Assembly: GCA_964621445.1 (NCBI GenBank)
Contig: CAZUNO010000003.1
Coordinates: 7,498 to 71,497 of the forward strand
DNA: 64,000 nt
Origin: Candidatus Hadarchaeota archaeon
GTDB lineage: Archaea > CAYQAE01 > CAYVLA01
Direction of reading: 5' to 3'
In this document: piece after piece, positions 19,072-27,904 of the stretch
How the letters are laid out: each line of letters starts with the position of its first letter
Position numbering within the stretch: the first letter of the stretch is position 1
Notes under the pieces: model-generated
Database searches by the model: none
Seen by the model: only the letters and a program-made list of their open reading frames with translations
What the model was told of the DNA's origin: nothing
Made by a program: the position numbers and the translations under genes

Positions 19072-20478
19072 ATGAAAAAGACGGTAACCGCCCACCTTGA
19101 TCTGGACAGGAACCAGGGAACACTGGAACTGAAAACCGAGCCTCGAACGGGTATACCCATTAAAGGCGATTTCGACTTCCTGAGTAGAGGGAAGGGGCGA
19201 GGAGAATACGAATGCCTCCCCATGTATTTTGCCAAGCTCGTTTCCGGACTGGAGAAAGCCGGATTCATCGTTGAAACCGAACTTGATAAATCCAAACCAA
19301 TGGGCTTTGATCTTAAAATGTCCGGAGAAACCAGGCCTTACCAGGAGCAGGCCTATCTCCGCTGGGCTGAAGCGGGACACAGGGGTGTTGTGGTGATGCC
19401 CACGGGCTCGGGTAAGACCTTCGTGGCACTTCGGACCATGGAAGAGGTTGGGGAAAGCACCCAGATTTTGGTGCCCACCATAGATCTCATGACCCAGTGG
19501 CACGAAAATATCTGTGAGGTGTTTGGATTGAAGCCGGACCGGGTTTCCAGATGGGGCGGAGGATTTCAGGAAGTTGGGCCAATCACGGTGATGACCTATG
19601 AATCGGGTGCCATTCACAGCCGCGAGTTCGGCGATAGATTCGGTTTTCTGGTTTTCGATGAAGTCCATCATCTCCCGGCCGAATCCTACCGGACAATTGC
19701 GGAGAACAGCCTAGCCCATAAGAGACTGGGGTTGACCGCCACCCCGGAAAGGGTCGACAGGCTGGAAACGGACCTGGACTACCTGGTCGGTAAGGTCGTA
19801 TACAGCATATCCAAGGAGGAGCTGGAAAGGAAGAGCTACGTGGCCAGCTTTAGACAGGAACGCATCCTGGTCGAGCTAACCCCCGAGGAAAGAGCCGAGT
19901 ATGACGAGCTATGGTCGAAATATAGGAAGAATCTCAAGAGGGTTTTTGCCAAGGCCCGTGGGCGCCGTGGTAATCCCATCCGCCTGCTCGTTCGCCGGCT
20001 ACCCTTCGATGAAAATGCCAGGATCGCCCTAGACTCCTGGCGCAGGGCGAGGAGGATAGCCCTGGAGGCCGACTCCAAGGTAGACCAGGTGGAGAGGCTC
20101 CTCAAGAGATATAGAGACAGAAAGGTATTGATATTCTCCGAGTTCATCTCCATCGTGCGTAGCATAGCCCGGAAGTTCGGAATAGCCAAGATAACCTCGT
20201 CCACCCGCGCCTCGGAGAGGAAGAGAATACTGGAGATGTATCGCAACGGGGATATCACCAAACTGGTGTCCGGCAAGGTGCTCGATGAGGGGGTCGACGT
20301 TCCCGATGCCAGCGTGGGCATAATCGTTTCCGGGAGCTCCACCAAGAGGCAGTACGTGCAAAGACTGGGCCGGATACTCAGGCCCAAGGAGATTCAGGCG
20401 GTTCTCATCGAGATTGTTTCCAGGAAAACCACCGAAATGCAGGCCTCGGAAAGAAGAAAGAGGCCGGTTAAGACCTGA
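19072..20478 (+). CDS. xpb: XPB/Rad25-type SF2 DNA helicase
   Basis: Q motif RPYQEQA, motif I MPTGSGKT, motif II DEVHH, motif III GLTATPER, plus an N-terminal damage-recognition-like domain. Length is 468 aa. Confidence 0.85.
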   Translation: MKKTVTAHLDLDRNQGTLELKTEPRTGIPIKGDFDFLSRGKGRGEYECLPMYFAKLVSGLEKAGFIVETELDKSKPMGFDLKMSGETRPYQEQAYLRWAEAGHRGVVVMPTGSGKTFVALRTMEEVGESTQILVPTIDLMTQWHENICEVFGLKPDRVSRWGGGFQEVGPITVMTYESGAIHSREFGDRFGFLVFDEVHHLPAESYRTIAENSLAHKRLGLTATPERVDRLETDLDYLVGKVVYSISKEELERKSYVASFRQERILVELTPEERAEYDELWSKYRKNLKRVFAKARGRRGNPIRLLVRRLPFDENARIALDSWRRARRIALEADSKVDQVERLLKRYRDRKVLIFSEFISIVRSIARKFGIAKITSSTRASERKRILEMYRNGDITKLVSGKVLDEGVDVPDASVGIIVSGSSTKRQYVQRLGRILRPKEIQAVLIEIVSRKTTEMQASERRKRPVKT

Positions 20479-20546
20479 TGCCAACATCGGGAACCGCAGG
20501 ATCTCTATGAAATATCTAAGAGGCGTGAAAAGGAGATATCAACGAA

Positions 20547-22895
20547 ATGACCTGTTCCTGTGCGCTCTGTAAGGAGACCAGGGGACTCATTGAGCAGGCC
20601 CTGATGCAGAGAAAGACTGAATCACCCGAATTTGCGGAATCATGCGCAACCCTTGCTACCCTCTATGAGAGATACGGTGAGCTAAGCGAGGCATCAGAGG
20701 ATGAAGAAGAGAGGATTAAGCAGGAACTCAATAACATACGGGCCCTTTGTAGCGATGAAGACCTGTGCACCAGAGTCGATTGGGCCTTGGAGGAGTATAT
20801 CTCCATAGAGGAACTAATAGAGGAATTGGACGCCGCCCGAACCAGGCCAAAATACGTTTCCCAGATCATAGGCAGGCTGGCCGAACTCTCCCAGAACACC
20901 ATTGACCTCCTGCCGTTCCGGCCCAAGGGTAGCTACACGGTGGAAATCCTGGAGATGGACGAGAGCAGGGCGTTGGCCAGGCTCAGCACGGAGATCGGGA
21001 CCCACCAAAAGGCCATATACATATACCTCTTCGTCGATATCGGCGGGACGCATGGCCAACCCGAGGTTACCATAAAACGGGGTATAGTGGAGACCGATAT
21101 ACCCCTCCAGCCCACGGTTCGTACCGAGGCTTTCAAGGACAAGATATACGACAAGATCGAGATAAAGCTTTTACACGAGCGCTTTACCGAGCTCATGATA
21201 CCCCCGGAGGCGGTGGAAGCCCTGGTTACCGGTAGTTCCTGGTACTCCGAACTCGCCGATGTGGTGGTGGTACCTCCGCTGACAGAGTTGGTCGATGACT
21301 TCAAACCCCACACGGGATCGCCTACATACGAGGAGATAGAACGCCTGGAGGAGGAAATCAGGCCCACGGTTCTGTCCTATCTTCTGGACAAGGTCCGGCC
21401 TCTTCACCAGGAGCTAGCCGATCTCAGGGCTAGGAAAGGAACCGACGACGAGGCGGAGAGCGAACTGGAAAAGAAAATGGCCGAGAGGAACAAGCTCTTC
21501 GGCATGATGAAGCTCAGGCTGTCCACTGATGAAAGGACCACTATACACATTCACGATCATACCATCCAAAAAGTAACCACCATGCCCCTACCCCACACCA
21601 TAGATGTCCACATAAAGACCTGGGAGGATGAACCGTGTATGGCCAGGCTGCTAACCAAGGCCATACGTGAGATCCAGGAACAGGATATCCTTAAACACAC
21701 CATAATGGAAGTCAAATCAGTCCTACTCCCAGAGCCCAAGGTAGCCCCACCGAAGAGGATAGAAGCCGAGACCATACTGGAGAAATACCCGATACCAGAT
21801 GAGCAAGAGGCATTGGTGTTCAGAAACGGGAAGATGACCATCGAAAAGCAACAGCTCACCAAGGATTTGGGCCTGACCGAGGTTTTAGTTAGGATACTAT
21901 CATCGGCCGTCGATGTGGATGAATGCAGGAGGGAACTCTGCACGGAAGATATGATCCCCGGTGACAAGTTCGCCGGTACTGTTGTCGCCGTGGGGAGGGA
22001 CGTGCAAAACCTCGCCCAGGGAGATATGGTGGTTGGAGTCCCAATCCTGAGGTGCGGTAAGTGTCCAAATTGCATGGAAAGCGGAGCCTGTAGCGACCCC
22101 CTGAAGGTCGGGTCCGATGTCGATGGTTCACACGTGCAATTCATGAAACTCCCGGAGGAAAACCTGCTCCGGGTACCATGCGGAAAAGTCAACCTGGATA
22201 GCCGACCGGATGCCGCCTGTCTGGCCGAAGCTCTGGCCATTGCCGAACACGCGGTCACCAAGAGCACCGTTTTTACCAAGAAGGGGATCATGGACTACCA
22301 GCTCAACAAACCCATCCTGGTCATGGGAACCAATCTGGTGGCTCTAAACATACTACAGCGTCTTCTAGAGGGATATTCCGATAACATAATAGTTCTCGAC
22401 CACAGCGAGGAAAAGCTGGAAAGGCTCAACGCTCTTCCCGACGGCCCTGACCTCTTCGGAAGTCGGATATTCCCGGTTCTCGTCACATCGGTTTCGGAGG
22501 CCGTTCCAAAGGTGCTGGAGCTGGCAGGTAGAAGAATCCGTATGATCTTCAACGCCCTTGGTACCAGGCGTTCCATGGAGATAGCCTACCGGGTCACCGA
22601 CGTATACGCCATACTTGTTAACGTGGCCTATAAGACGGAGGATATCGGCGGACTCCATCCCCTAATAGAGGGGAAGAAGGTAACCATTTACGACTGCGCA
22701 ATGGTGCCCTTTGATGAGCTTAAATTCTATATGGAGATGGCACTAATCTCCATGAGCTACTCCAGGCTTGAACCCTGGAGGTTCAAGTCGCTCCGACTGG
22801 GTATCGAGGATGCACCCCCAATACTGGAGAAGGTTATGAGCAGGGACAGCGAGATGATGGGGCTGACCCAGATCACGGTGAGACCACGGGTTTAA
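20547..22895 (+). CDS. Large hypothetical protein with an N-terminal unknown ~450 aa and a C-terminal MDR (Zn-ADH-like) domain
   Basis: The C-terminal half has a GroES-like segment (GDKFAGTVVAVGRDV...GDMVVG). It has a structural-zinc Cys cluster (CGKCPNCMESGAC). It has a Rossmann-like segment. The N-terminal half matches nothing I recognise. It sits in an operon position downstream of xpb. Confidence 0.5.
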   Translation: MTCSCALCKETRGLIEQALMQRKTESPEFAESCATLATLYERYGELSEASEDEEERIKQELNNIRALCSDEDLCTRVDWALEEYISIEELIEELDAARTRPKYVSQIIGRLAELSQNTIDLLPFRPKGSYTVEILEMDESRALARLSTEIGTHQKAIYIYLFVDIGGTHGQPEVTIKRGIVETDIPLQPTVRTEAFKDKIYDKIEIKLLHERFTELMIPPEAVEALVTGSSWYSELADVVVVPPLTELVDDFKPHTGSPTYEEIERLEEEIRPTVLSYLLDKVRPLHQELADLRARKGTDDEAESELEKKMAERNKLFGMMKLRLSTDERTTIHIHDHTIQKVTTMPLPHTIDVHIKTWEDEPCMARLLTKAIREIQEQDILKHTIMEVKSVLLPEPKVAPPKRIEAETILEKYPIPDEQEALVFRNGKMTIEKQQLTKDLGLTEVLVRILSSAVDVDECRRELCTEDMIPGDKFAGTVVAVGRDVQNLAQGDMVVGVPILRCGKCPNCMESGACSDPLKVGSDVDGSHVQFMKLPEENLLRVPCGKVNLDSRPDAACLAEALAIAEHAVTKSTVFTKKGIMDYQLNKPILVMGTNLVALNILQRLLEGYSDNIIVLDHSEEKLERLNALPDGPDLFGSRIFPVLVTSVSEAVPKVLELAGRRIRMIFNALGTRRSMEIAYRVTDVYAILVNVAYKTEDIGGLHPLIEGKKVTIYDCAMVPFDELKFYMEMALISMSYSRLEPWRFKSLRLGIEDAPPILEKVMSRDSEMMGLTQITVRPRV

Positions 22896-23068
22896 CTTGA
22901 ATACTCTGGGGCCAAAAAATTTGGCTGGAAATATGAAACCCTTCTCCTCCACAAGGGGCAATATACCTCATTTTCCAGCATTTTGGGCGACACAAACCCC
23001 TTTATGAAGGACGAAGAACGCATTTAAGCACCTTATAAGCAAAATCTTTTTAAACCGAAAAACGAGCC

Positions 23069-23077
23069 TTTTAAATA
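23069..23077 (+). promoter_or_regulatory. TATA box / BRE for tbp
   Basis: CCTTTTAAATAGGG is centred about 18-22 nt upstream of the tbp ATG. It is the canonical archaeal promoter for a near-leaderless mRNA. Confidence 0.5.
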
Positions 23078-23090
23078 GGGGCCCATCTTT

Positions 23091-23639
23091 ATGGATACAT
23101 CTCCGAATATCGAAGTGCAAAACATCGTAGCCTCGGTTGATCTCAAGACTGAACTAGACCTGGTTGAACTAGGTTCTCTTTTAGACGAGGCCCAATATGA
23201 TCCCGACAGCTTCCCTGCCTTGATCGTGAAGCTTAAGGAACCCAAGGTCTCCTTCCTGGTGTTTAGAAACGGGAAGATAAACTGCACCGGAGCCAAGAGC
23301 GTTGACATGGCCAAGGAAGGAGTGGGAGAGCTGGTCAGAAGGCTGAGAAACGTCGGAATAGATATCAAGACCAAGCCGGAGATAATAGTCACCAACGTGG
23401 TGGCCACCGTTGATCTCGGTGTAACCCTGAACCTGGACGAGATAGCACTGAACATCGAGAACATCGAGTATGAACCGGAGCAATTCCCGGGCTTGGTCTA
23501 CAAGCCATACGGTTCAAGGATCTCGGTGCTGGTTTTTGGAACCGGGAAGCTCGTGCTGGCTGGAATGAAACACTCCTCTGACGCCATAGGTATTGTAGAC
23601 GGATTGATGCAGCGCCTAACCGACCTCGGATTAATGTAG
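23091..23639 (+). CDS. tbp: TATA-box-binding protein
   Basis: 182 aa with two direct TBP repeats (IVASVDLKTELDL... / VVATVDLGVTLNL...). Confidence 0.95.
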   Translation: MDTSPNIEVQNIVASVDLKTELDLVELGSLLDEAQYDPDSFPALIVKLKEPKVSFLVFRNGKINCTGAKSVDMAKEGVGELVRRLRNVGIDIKTKPEIIVTNVVATVDLGVTLNLDEIALNIENIEYEPEQFPGLVYKPYGSRISVLVFGTGKLVLAGMKHSSDAIGIVDGLMQRLTDLGLM

Positions 23640-23678
23640 AAAGCACTGAGAAATAGAAAACGAAAAAAAGAAACGAAA

Positions 23679-23705
23679 ACGGCGGCCGTTAGCTAGCCGC
23701 CGTTG
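23679..23705. terminator. Inverted repeat and oligo-T tract shared by the convergent tbp and thermosome genes
   Basis: AACGGCGGC...GCCGCCGTT stem. On the minus strand it is followed by a T-rich run (TTTTCGTTTCTTTTTTTCGTTTTC). Confidence 0.4.
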
Positions 23706-23716
23706 GACTCACTCAA

Positions 23717-25372
23717 TCAGTCAAAGTCCATGTCAGAGTCCTCATCCTCTCCTTCTCCAGCGCCACCTGCGCCTCCGCCTCCGGCGCCCTTAGATGATAT
23801 CACATCATCTATTCTTAGAAGCATTGAAACGGCCTCGGTGGCCGATGTGATGGCCTGTCTCTTGATACCAGCAGGATCGATCACATTTAGCTCTGACATG
23901 TCTGCGACCGTCTTGTTGATAACATCCAGGCCGATCTTTGTCCCCTTTTCACTCGATTGGGCTATTAGATCCTGCACGGTGTCGATGGGATCCATACCAG
24001 CATTTTCGGCCAGGGTTCTTGGCACGCGCTTAACGGCACTTGCAAAGGCTTCAACTGCCAGGCCTTCTCGTCCACCTATGGATTTCGCATGCTGGCTAAG
24101 GCCCGTGGATATTACGGCTTCGCAGGCACCCCCACCGTAGACGATGAATGGGTCCCGGGCAACCAGGCCGGTGACGGATACTGCATCGTGTAGAGCTCTC
24201 TCCGTCTCGTCCACCACGTGCTCGGTTCCTCCACGAACCAGGATGGTAACTGCCTTTGGGTCCTTACACTTCTCGACGAAAATCATGTCGTCGCCAGCAA
24301 CCCTTCTCTCCTCGACAATCCCGGCCTCTCCAAGGTCCTCAGCACTTAGTTCCTGGACGTTATTGGTTATGGTAGCTCCGGTTGCTCTGGATAGCTTCTC
24401 CATATCACTCTTCTTTACCCTTCTCACAGCCAGTATGCCCTTCTTGGTCAGGAAATGCTGGGCCAAATCATCGATGCCTTTCTGGCATAGAACCACATTG
24501 GCCCCACTCTCCACGATCTTGTCAACCATTTCACGGAGCATATCCTCCTCCTGGTCCAGGAACTGCTCCAACATGTTTGCATCCGAAACGTGGATCTTAG
24601 CATCGGTCTCGGTGTCCTTTACCTCGAGGGCGCAGCTGAGGGTCGCTATCTTGGCGTTCTCCACCTTCTTGGGCATTCCGGATTGGACCCTTTCCTTGTC
24701 TATGATAATGCCCTTGACCAGTTCGGTGTCGGCAACGGTGCCTCCTTCCTTCTTCTCGATCTTTATGTAATCGATGTCGAAGTCGTAACCCTCTCCCTCT
24801 CGCTTCTCGGTCACTACCTGCTTCACGGCGCCAACCGCTATATCAGCGAGATAGTCAGAGATATTATCGGTGCCCTTTCCGGTCATGGAGGTGATTGCCA
24901 CCTTCCTCAGCACCTCTTCATCGTCGGGGTCGACCTTTTCTGCGATTTCATTTAGGATTTCGAGGGCTTTCTCCTCGGCTGCTCTGTATCCCTGAACTAT
25001 TAGGGTGGCGTGGACGTGCTCGTCGAGCATATCTTCCGCCTCCTTGAGCAGCTCCCCGGCCAGAACCACTGCCGTGGTCGTACCGTCGCCAACCTCATCA
25101 TCCTGGGCTTTGGCAACCTCCACCATCATCTTGGCGGCAGGGTGATCTACGTCCATCGCTTCGAGTATGGCCGCACCGTCATTAGTTATCACCACGTCAC
25201 CCAGGGTGTCCACGAGCATCTTGTCCATGCCCTTGGGCCCCAGAGTGGACCTCACGGCCTCTGCGATAACCTTCCCAGCCAAGATGTTATTGGACTGAGC
25301 GTCCTTTCCTCTCGTTCGCTCGGTCCCTTCTTTCAGAAGAAGAACCGGTGTACCTCCAAGTTGTCCTGCCAT
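23717..25372 (-). CDS. ths: Thermosome subunit (group II chaperonin)
   Basis: 551 aa with [21 protein letters not shown] and a GGM-rich C-terminal tail. Confidence 0.95.
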   Translation of the reverse strand: MAGQLGGTPVLLLKEGTERTRGKDAQSNNILAGKVIAEAVRSTLGPKGMDKMLVDTLGDVVITNDGAAILEAMDVDHPAAKMMVEVAKAQDDEVGDGTTTAVVLAGELLKEAEDMLDEHVHATLIVQGYRAAEEKALEILNEIAEKVDPDDEEVLRKVAITSMTGKGTDNISDYLADIAVGAVKQVVTEKREGEGYDFDIDYIKIEKKEGGTVADTELVKGIIIDKERVQSGMPKKVENAKIATLSCALEVKDTETDAKIHVSDANMLEQFLDQEEDMLREMVDKIVESGANVVLCQKGIDDLAQHFLTKKGILAVRRVKKSDMEKLSRATGATITNNVQELSAEDLGEAGIVEERRVAGDDMIFVEKCKDPKAVTILVRGGTEHVVDETERALHDAVSVTGLVARDPFIVYGGGACEAVISTGLSQHAKSIGGREGLAVEAFASAVKRVPRTLAENAGMDPIDTVQDLIAQSSEKGTKIGLDVINKTVADMSELNVIDPAGIKRQAITSATEAVSMLLRIDDVISSKGAGGGGAGGAGEGEDEDSDMDFD

Positions 25373-25524
25373 ATTTTTTCACCTTCAGTCTCATGATAGT
25401 GTACTTTTCATCGAAATGACTTCTTGGTTATATAAAAATATTCCCCCGGCTCGATCGGCTGAAGCACCGGTTACTAAACGCCGTAACAACATCCATTAGT
25501 GGAATCGAGTTCACGTTTCAGGGT

Positions 25525-27900
25525 ATGAACCATATGACTCAGGAAACCCCGGAGGTCTTCCTTGCTCCCAACGGCTTTGACTGTGACGTCGCATTTCACC
25601 GGGGGGGATGGACCGCCTTCTATGTCTCCACTCCCAGCGTGGACTTCGACCATCTGGAAGAACTGGGTAGATACAAGGTCAGCTTCAGGCATGGGTCCAG
25701 TGAGAAGAATTGGAGGGATGCCTTCATCTCCCAGAAACGAGAGATGCATATGGTGGGTAGTACAGATGAGGGCATCAAGGAGGCTCATCTGGCTTCGGGT
25801 GAGCGCATGACCGCCCCCTCATTAGTAATAAGGGATGGTTTATACGCGGTTTGGGGGCAGCGCAGCGGTGGAATCTGGGAACTACAACTCTGGAATAAGG
25901 GTTCTATTAGCACCCTGTACCAAACACGGAATGTCATTAGGCGGCCCAGACTGGCGGCTGACTCCTCTGAAACCCTTTGGGTTGCCTGGGAGGAGACGAC
26001 TCCGGACGGACACATGGTCTCCTTGATGTCCCAGGAAGAGGCCCCAAAAACCCGTTGGTCTTCACCGGGCACTGGAATCAACATCTCCTCCGGGTCCGGA
26101 GGAGCGGTTTGGCTCCTTTGGGAGTGCCCGAGTAAAGAGGGCACGCAGCTAAAGCTCTGGAACGTAAAAGAGGACGGAGCTCCTTCCGTCGTGCCCTCAA
26201 ATGGCACCATGAATATAAACCCGGATCTTACCGTCGATGGCGAAGGGAATGTACTAATGGTCTGGGAATCCTCCCTGGCTTGGGGAAGGGATCAAAGAGC
26301 GGGATTGAATCGTAGGATCGAGGGGTGTATATACGACCCCCGACCGGACGAGTTTAGAAGGATCCAGGGAACTGAAGAAGGGTACCTACCCATTCCCGAC
26401 CTGGCCTTCAAGGACTTCAGCGTCCAGAACATCGTACCCATCCATCCCAAGATAGCTAACTCCTCGTCGGGAATAATCTGCACGTTTAGGATGTTCCACC
26501 CCCGGGGGATCAAATCCTTCGGCTGGGACATCTGCAAAATACATCGACACGATGGAAAATGGGTTCAACCAACGGTTATCAGCCAGGGGCCGGGTTATCC
26601 CGATTCCGCCTACGGTGTCTCCCTCAAGGGAGATAGATTACTACTGGCATCTCATCGGTGCGATCATAAGCCGCAGCTTACCTACGAGGAGCAGGATCGG
26701 GGAGAAGAGGCCAGGGATACCCAACGGGCGGTAAATCACAGGATATCAGTGATCAACCGTCCAGCCTTTGAATCGAAAGGGCAAGAGGCACCTGTTCTGG
26801 AAAGGGGTCAGGCGCAATATGTCCCGGACCTGGACGTCCCTGACCCCATAGCCGGCCCCGGAAAGGGGATTCCCGATACCGGGTATCAGCTGATATGGGG
26901 AGACATACACGTTCACTCCACCGCCTCCAAATGCATGAGCGCCAACGACGGCACCCCCATGGACAACATCCGTTGGCAGAGAGATGTCATGGATTCCCAG
27001 GTCCTCACTTTGACCGAGCACGTGGAGTACATGTCGGGACAGGAATATACTCGTAATGCGGATTTGCTGGAGGGAGAGGCCTGTGAAGACCGAGCTATAC
27101 TCTACGGACTGGAGTGGGCAAAGAGCCCGGCCCATCACACCAACTTCTTCTGCATCTCCAGAGTGGTATATGACCACCTGAGGACCATCCTACTTAGCGA
27201 AAATCACCTAAGTGAGGTCTTCGACAGGGTGAAGAAGGAGCTACCTCCCCAATCGGTTTGTGCCATAAGGCACTTTCATGGGGAAAACGCCGACCAGTTC
27301 GGGGTTTCCGGGCCCAGAGTTACGGAGACCTTTGACGGGGAGGTAGAATGGGCCATGGAGGCCGTCCAGTCCAGGATAGACGCGATGACCGGGGATAATG
27401 GGCGTAGACTACCCCGATTTCCCGCTAATTTCCTCCAGCAAGGCGCTAAAATCGGGTTGGTGGGTGGGTCCGACCACTGCAGGGATAGCAGAAGGAGATT
27501 TTGCTTCACCGGGTTCTGGGTTGACGAGATATCTCCTCGGGGAGTTTTCAAGGCCCTCAGGGAGCGTCGGACCACGGCCACCGCATCCGGTAGGATAGCT
27601 CTCTGGCTGGAAACCGAAGGCGGAGAGGTGGAAATGGGCTCGGAGGGGCGAACAACATCACCGGTTGTCCTTAGGATAAAATATTCAGCCGAATCGCCTC
27701 TGAAATCCCTCCAGATATGGAAGGATGGGGAGTTCATCGACCTGGACACACCTGAAGAAAGCAGTGGAACGGTTAAATTCGTGGACCCGGACAGCGAAGG
27801 GCAGCACTGTTACCTGGCCCGTGCCACGTCAAGTAGCCATTTTCCCAAAATCAACGTTCTTGCCTATTCATCCCCCATATGGATAAAAGTAGAAAGATGA
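25525..27900 (+). CDS. Large hypothetical protein: N-terminal repeat region (Trp-rich beta-strand repeats) plus a C-terminal PHP-like metallophosphoesterase domain
   Basis: C-terminal PHP-like motifs (GDIHVHSTASKCMSANDG; TEHVEY; GSDHC). The N-terminal ~420 aa has repeated hydrophobic-W-E/W motifs (YAVWGQ, LWVAWEE, VWLLWE, LMVWES). Confidence 0.45.
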   Translation: MNHMTQETPEVFLAPNGFDCDVAFHRGGWTAFYVSTPSVDFDHLEELGRYKVSFRHGSSEKNWRDAFISQKREMHMVGSTDEGIKEAHLASGERMTAPSLVIRDGLYAVWGQRSGGIWELQLWNKGSISTLYQTRNVIRRPRLAADSSETLWVAWEETTPDGHMVSLMSQEEAPKTRWSSPGTGINISSGSGGAVWLLWECPSKEGTQLKLWNVKEDGAPSVVPSNGTMNINPDLTVDGEGNVLMVWESSLAWGRDQRAGLNRRIEGCIYDPRPDEFRRIQGTEEGYLPIPDLAFKDFSVQNIVPIHPKIANSSSGIICTFRMFHPRGIKSFGWDICKIHRHDGKWVQPTVISQGPGYPDSAYGVSLKGDRLLLASHRCDHKPQLTYEEQDRGEEARDTQRAVNHRISVINRPAFESKGQEAPVLERGQAQYVPDLDVPDPIAGPGKGIPDTGYQLIWGDIHVHSTASKCMSANDGTPMDNIRWQRDVMDSQVLTLTEHVEYMSGQEYTRNADLLEGEACEDRAILYGLEWAKSPAHHTNFFCISRVVYDHLRTILLSENHLSEVFDRVKKELPPQSVCAIRHFHGENADQFGVSGPRVTETFDGEVEWAMEAVQSRIDAMTGDNGRRLPRFPANFLQQGAKIGLVGGSDHCRDSRRRFCFTGFWVDEISPRGVFKALRERRTTATASGRIALWLETEGGEVEMGSEGRTTSPVVLRIKYSAESPLKSLQIWKDGEFIDLDTPEESSGTVKFVDPDSEGQHCYLARATSSSHFPKINVLAYSSPIWIKVER

Positions 27901-27904
27901 CCGG

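Noticed and set aside
21557-22291. 244-aa minus-strand ORF inside the 782-aa gene
   Set aside because: Low-complexity Ser/Thr-rich translation with no motif. The plus-strand frame carries the MDR-like domain.
24144-25396. Plus-strand ORFs (208, 121, 128 aa) within the thermosome gene
   Set aside because: Antisense to the chaperonin gene. No recognisable domains.
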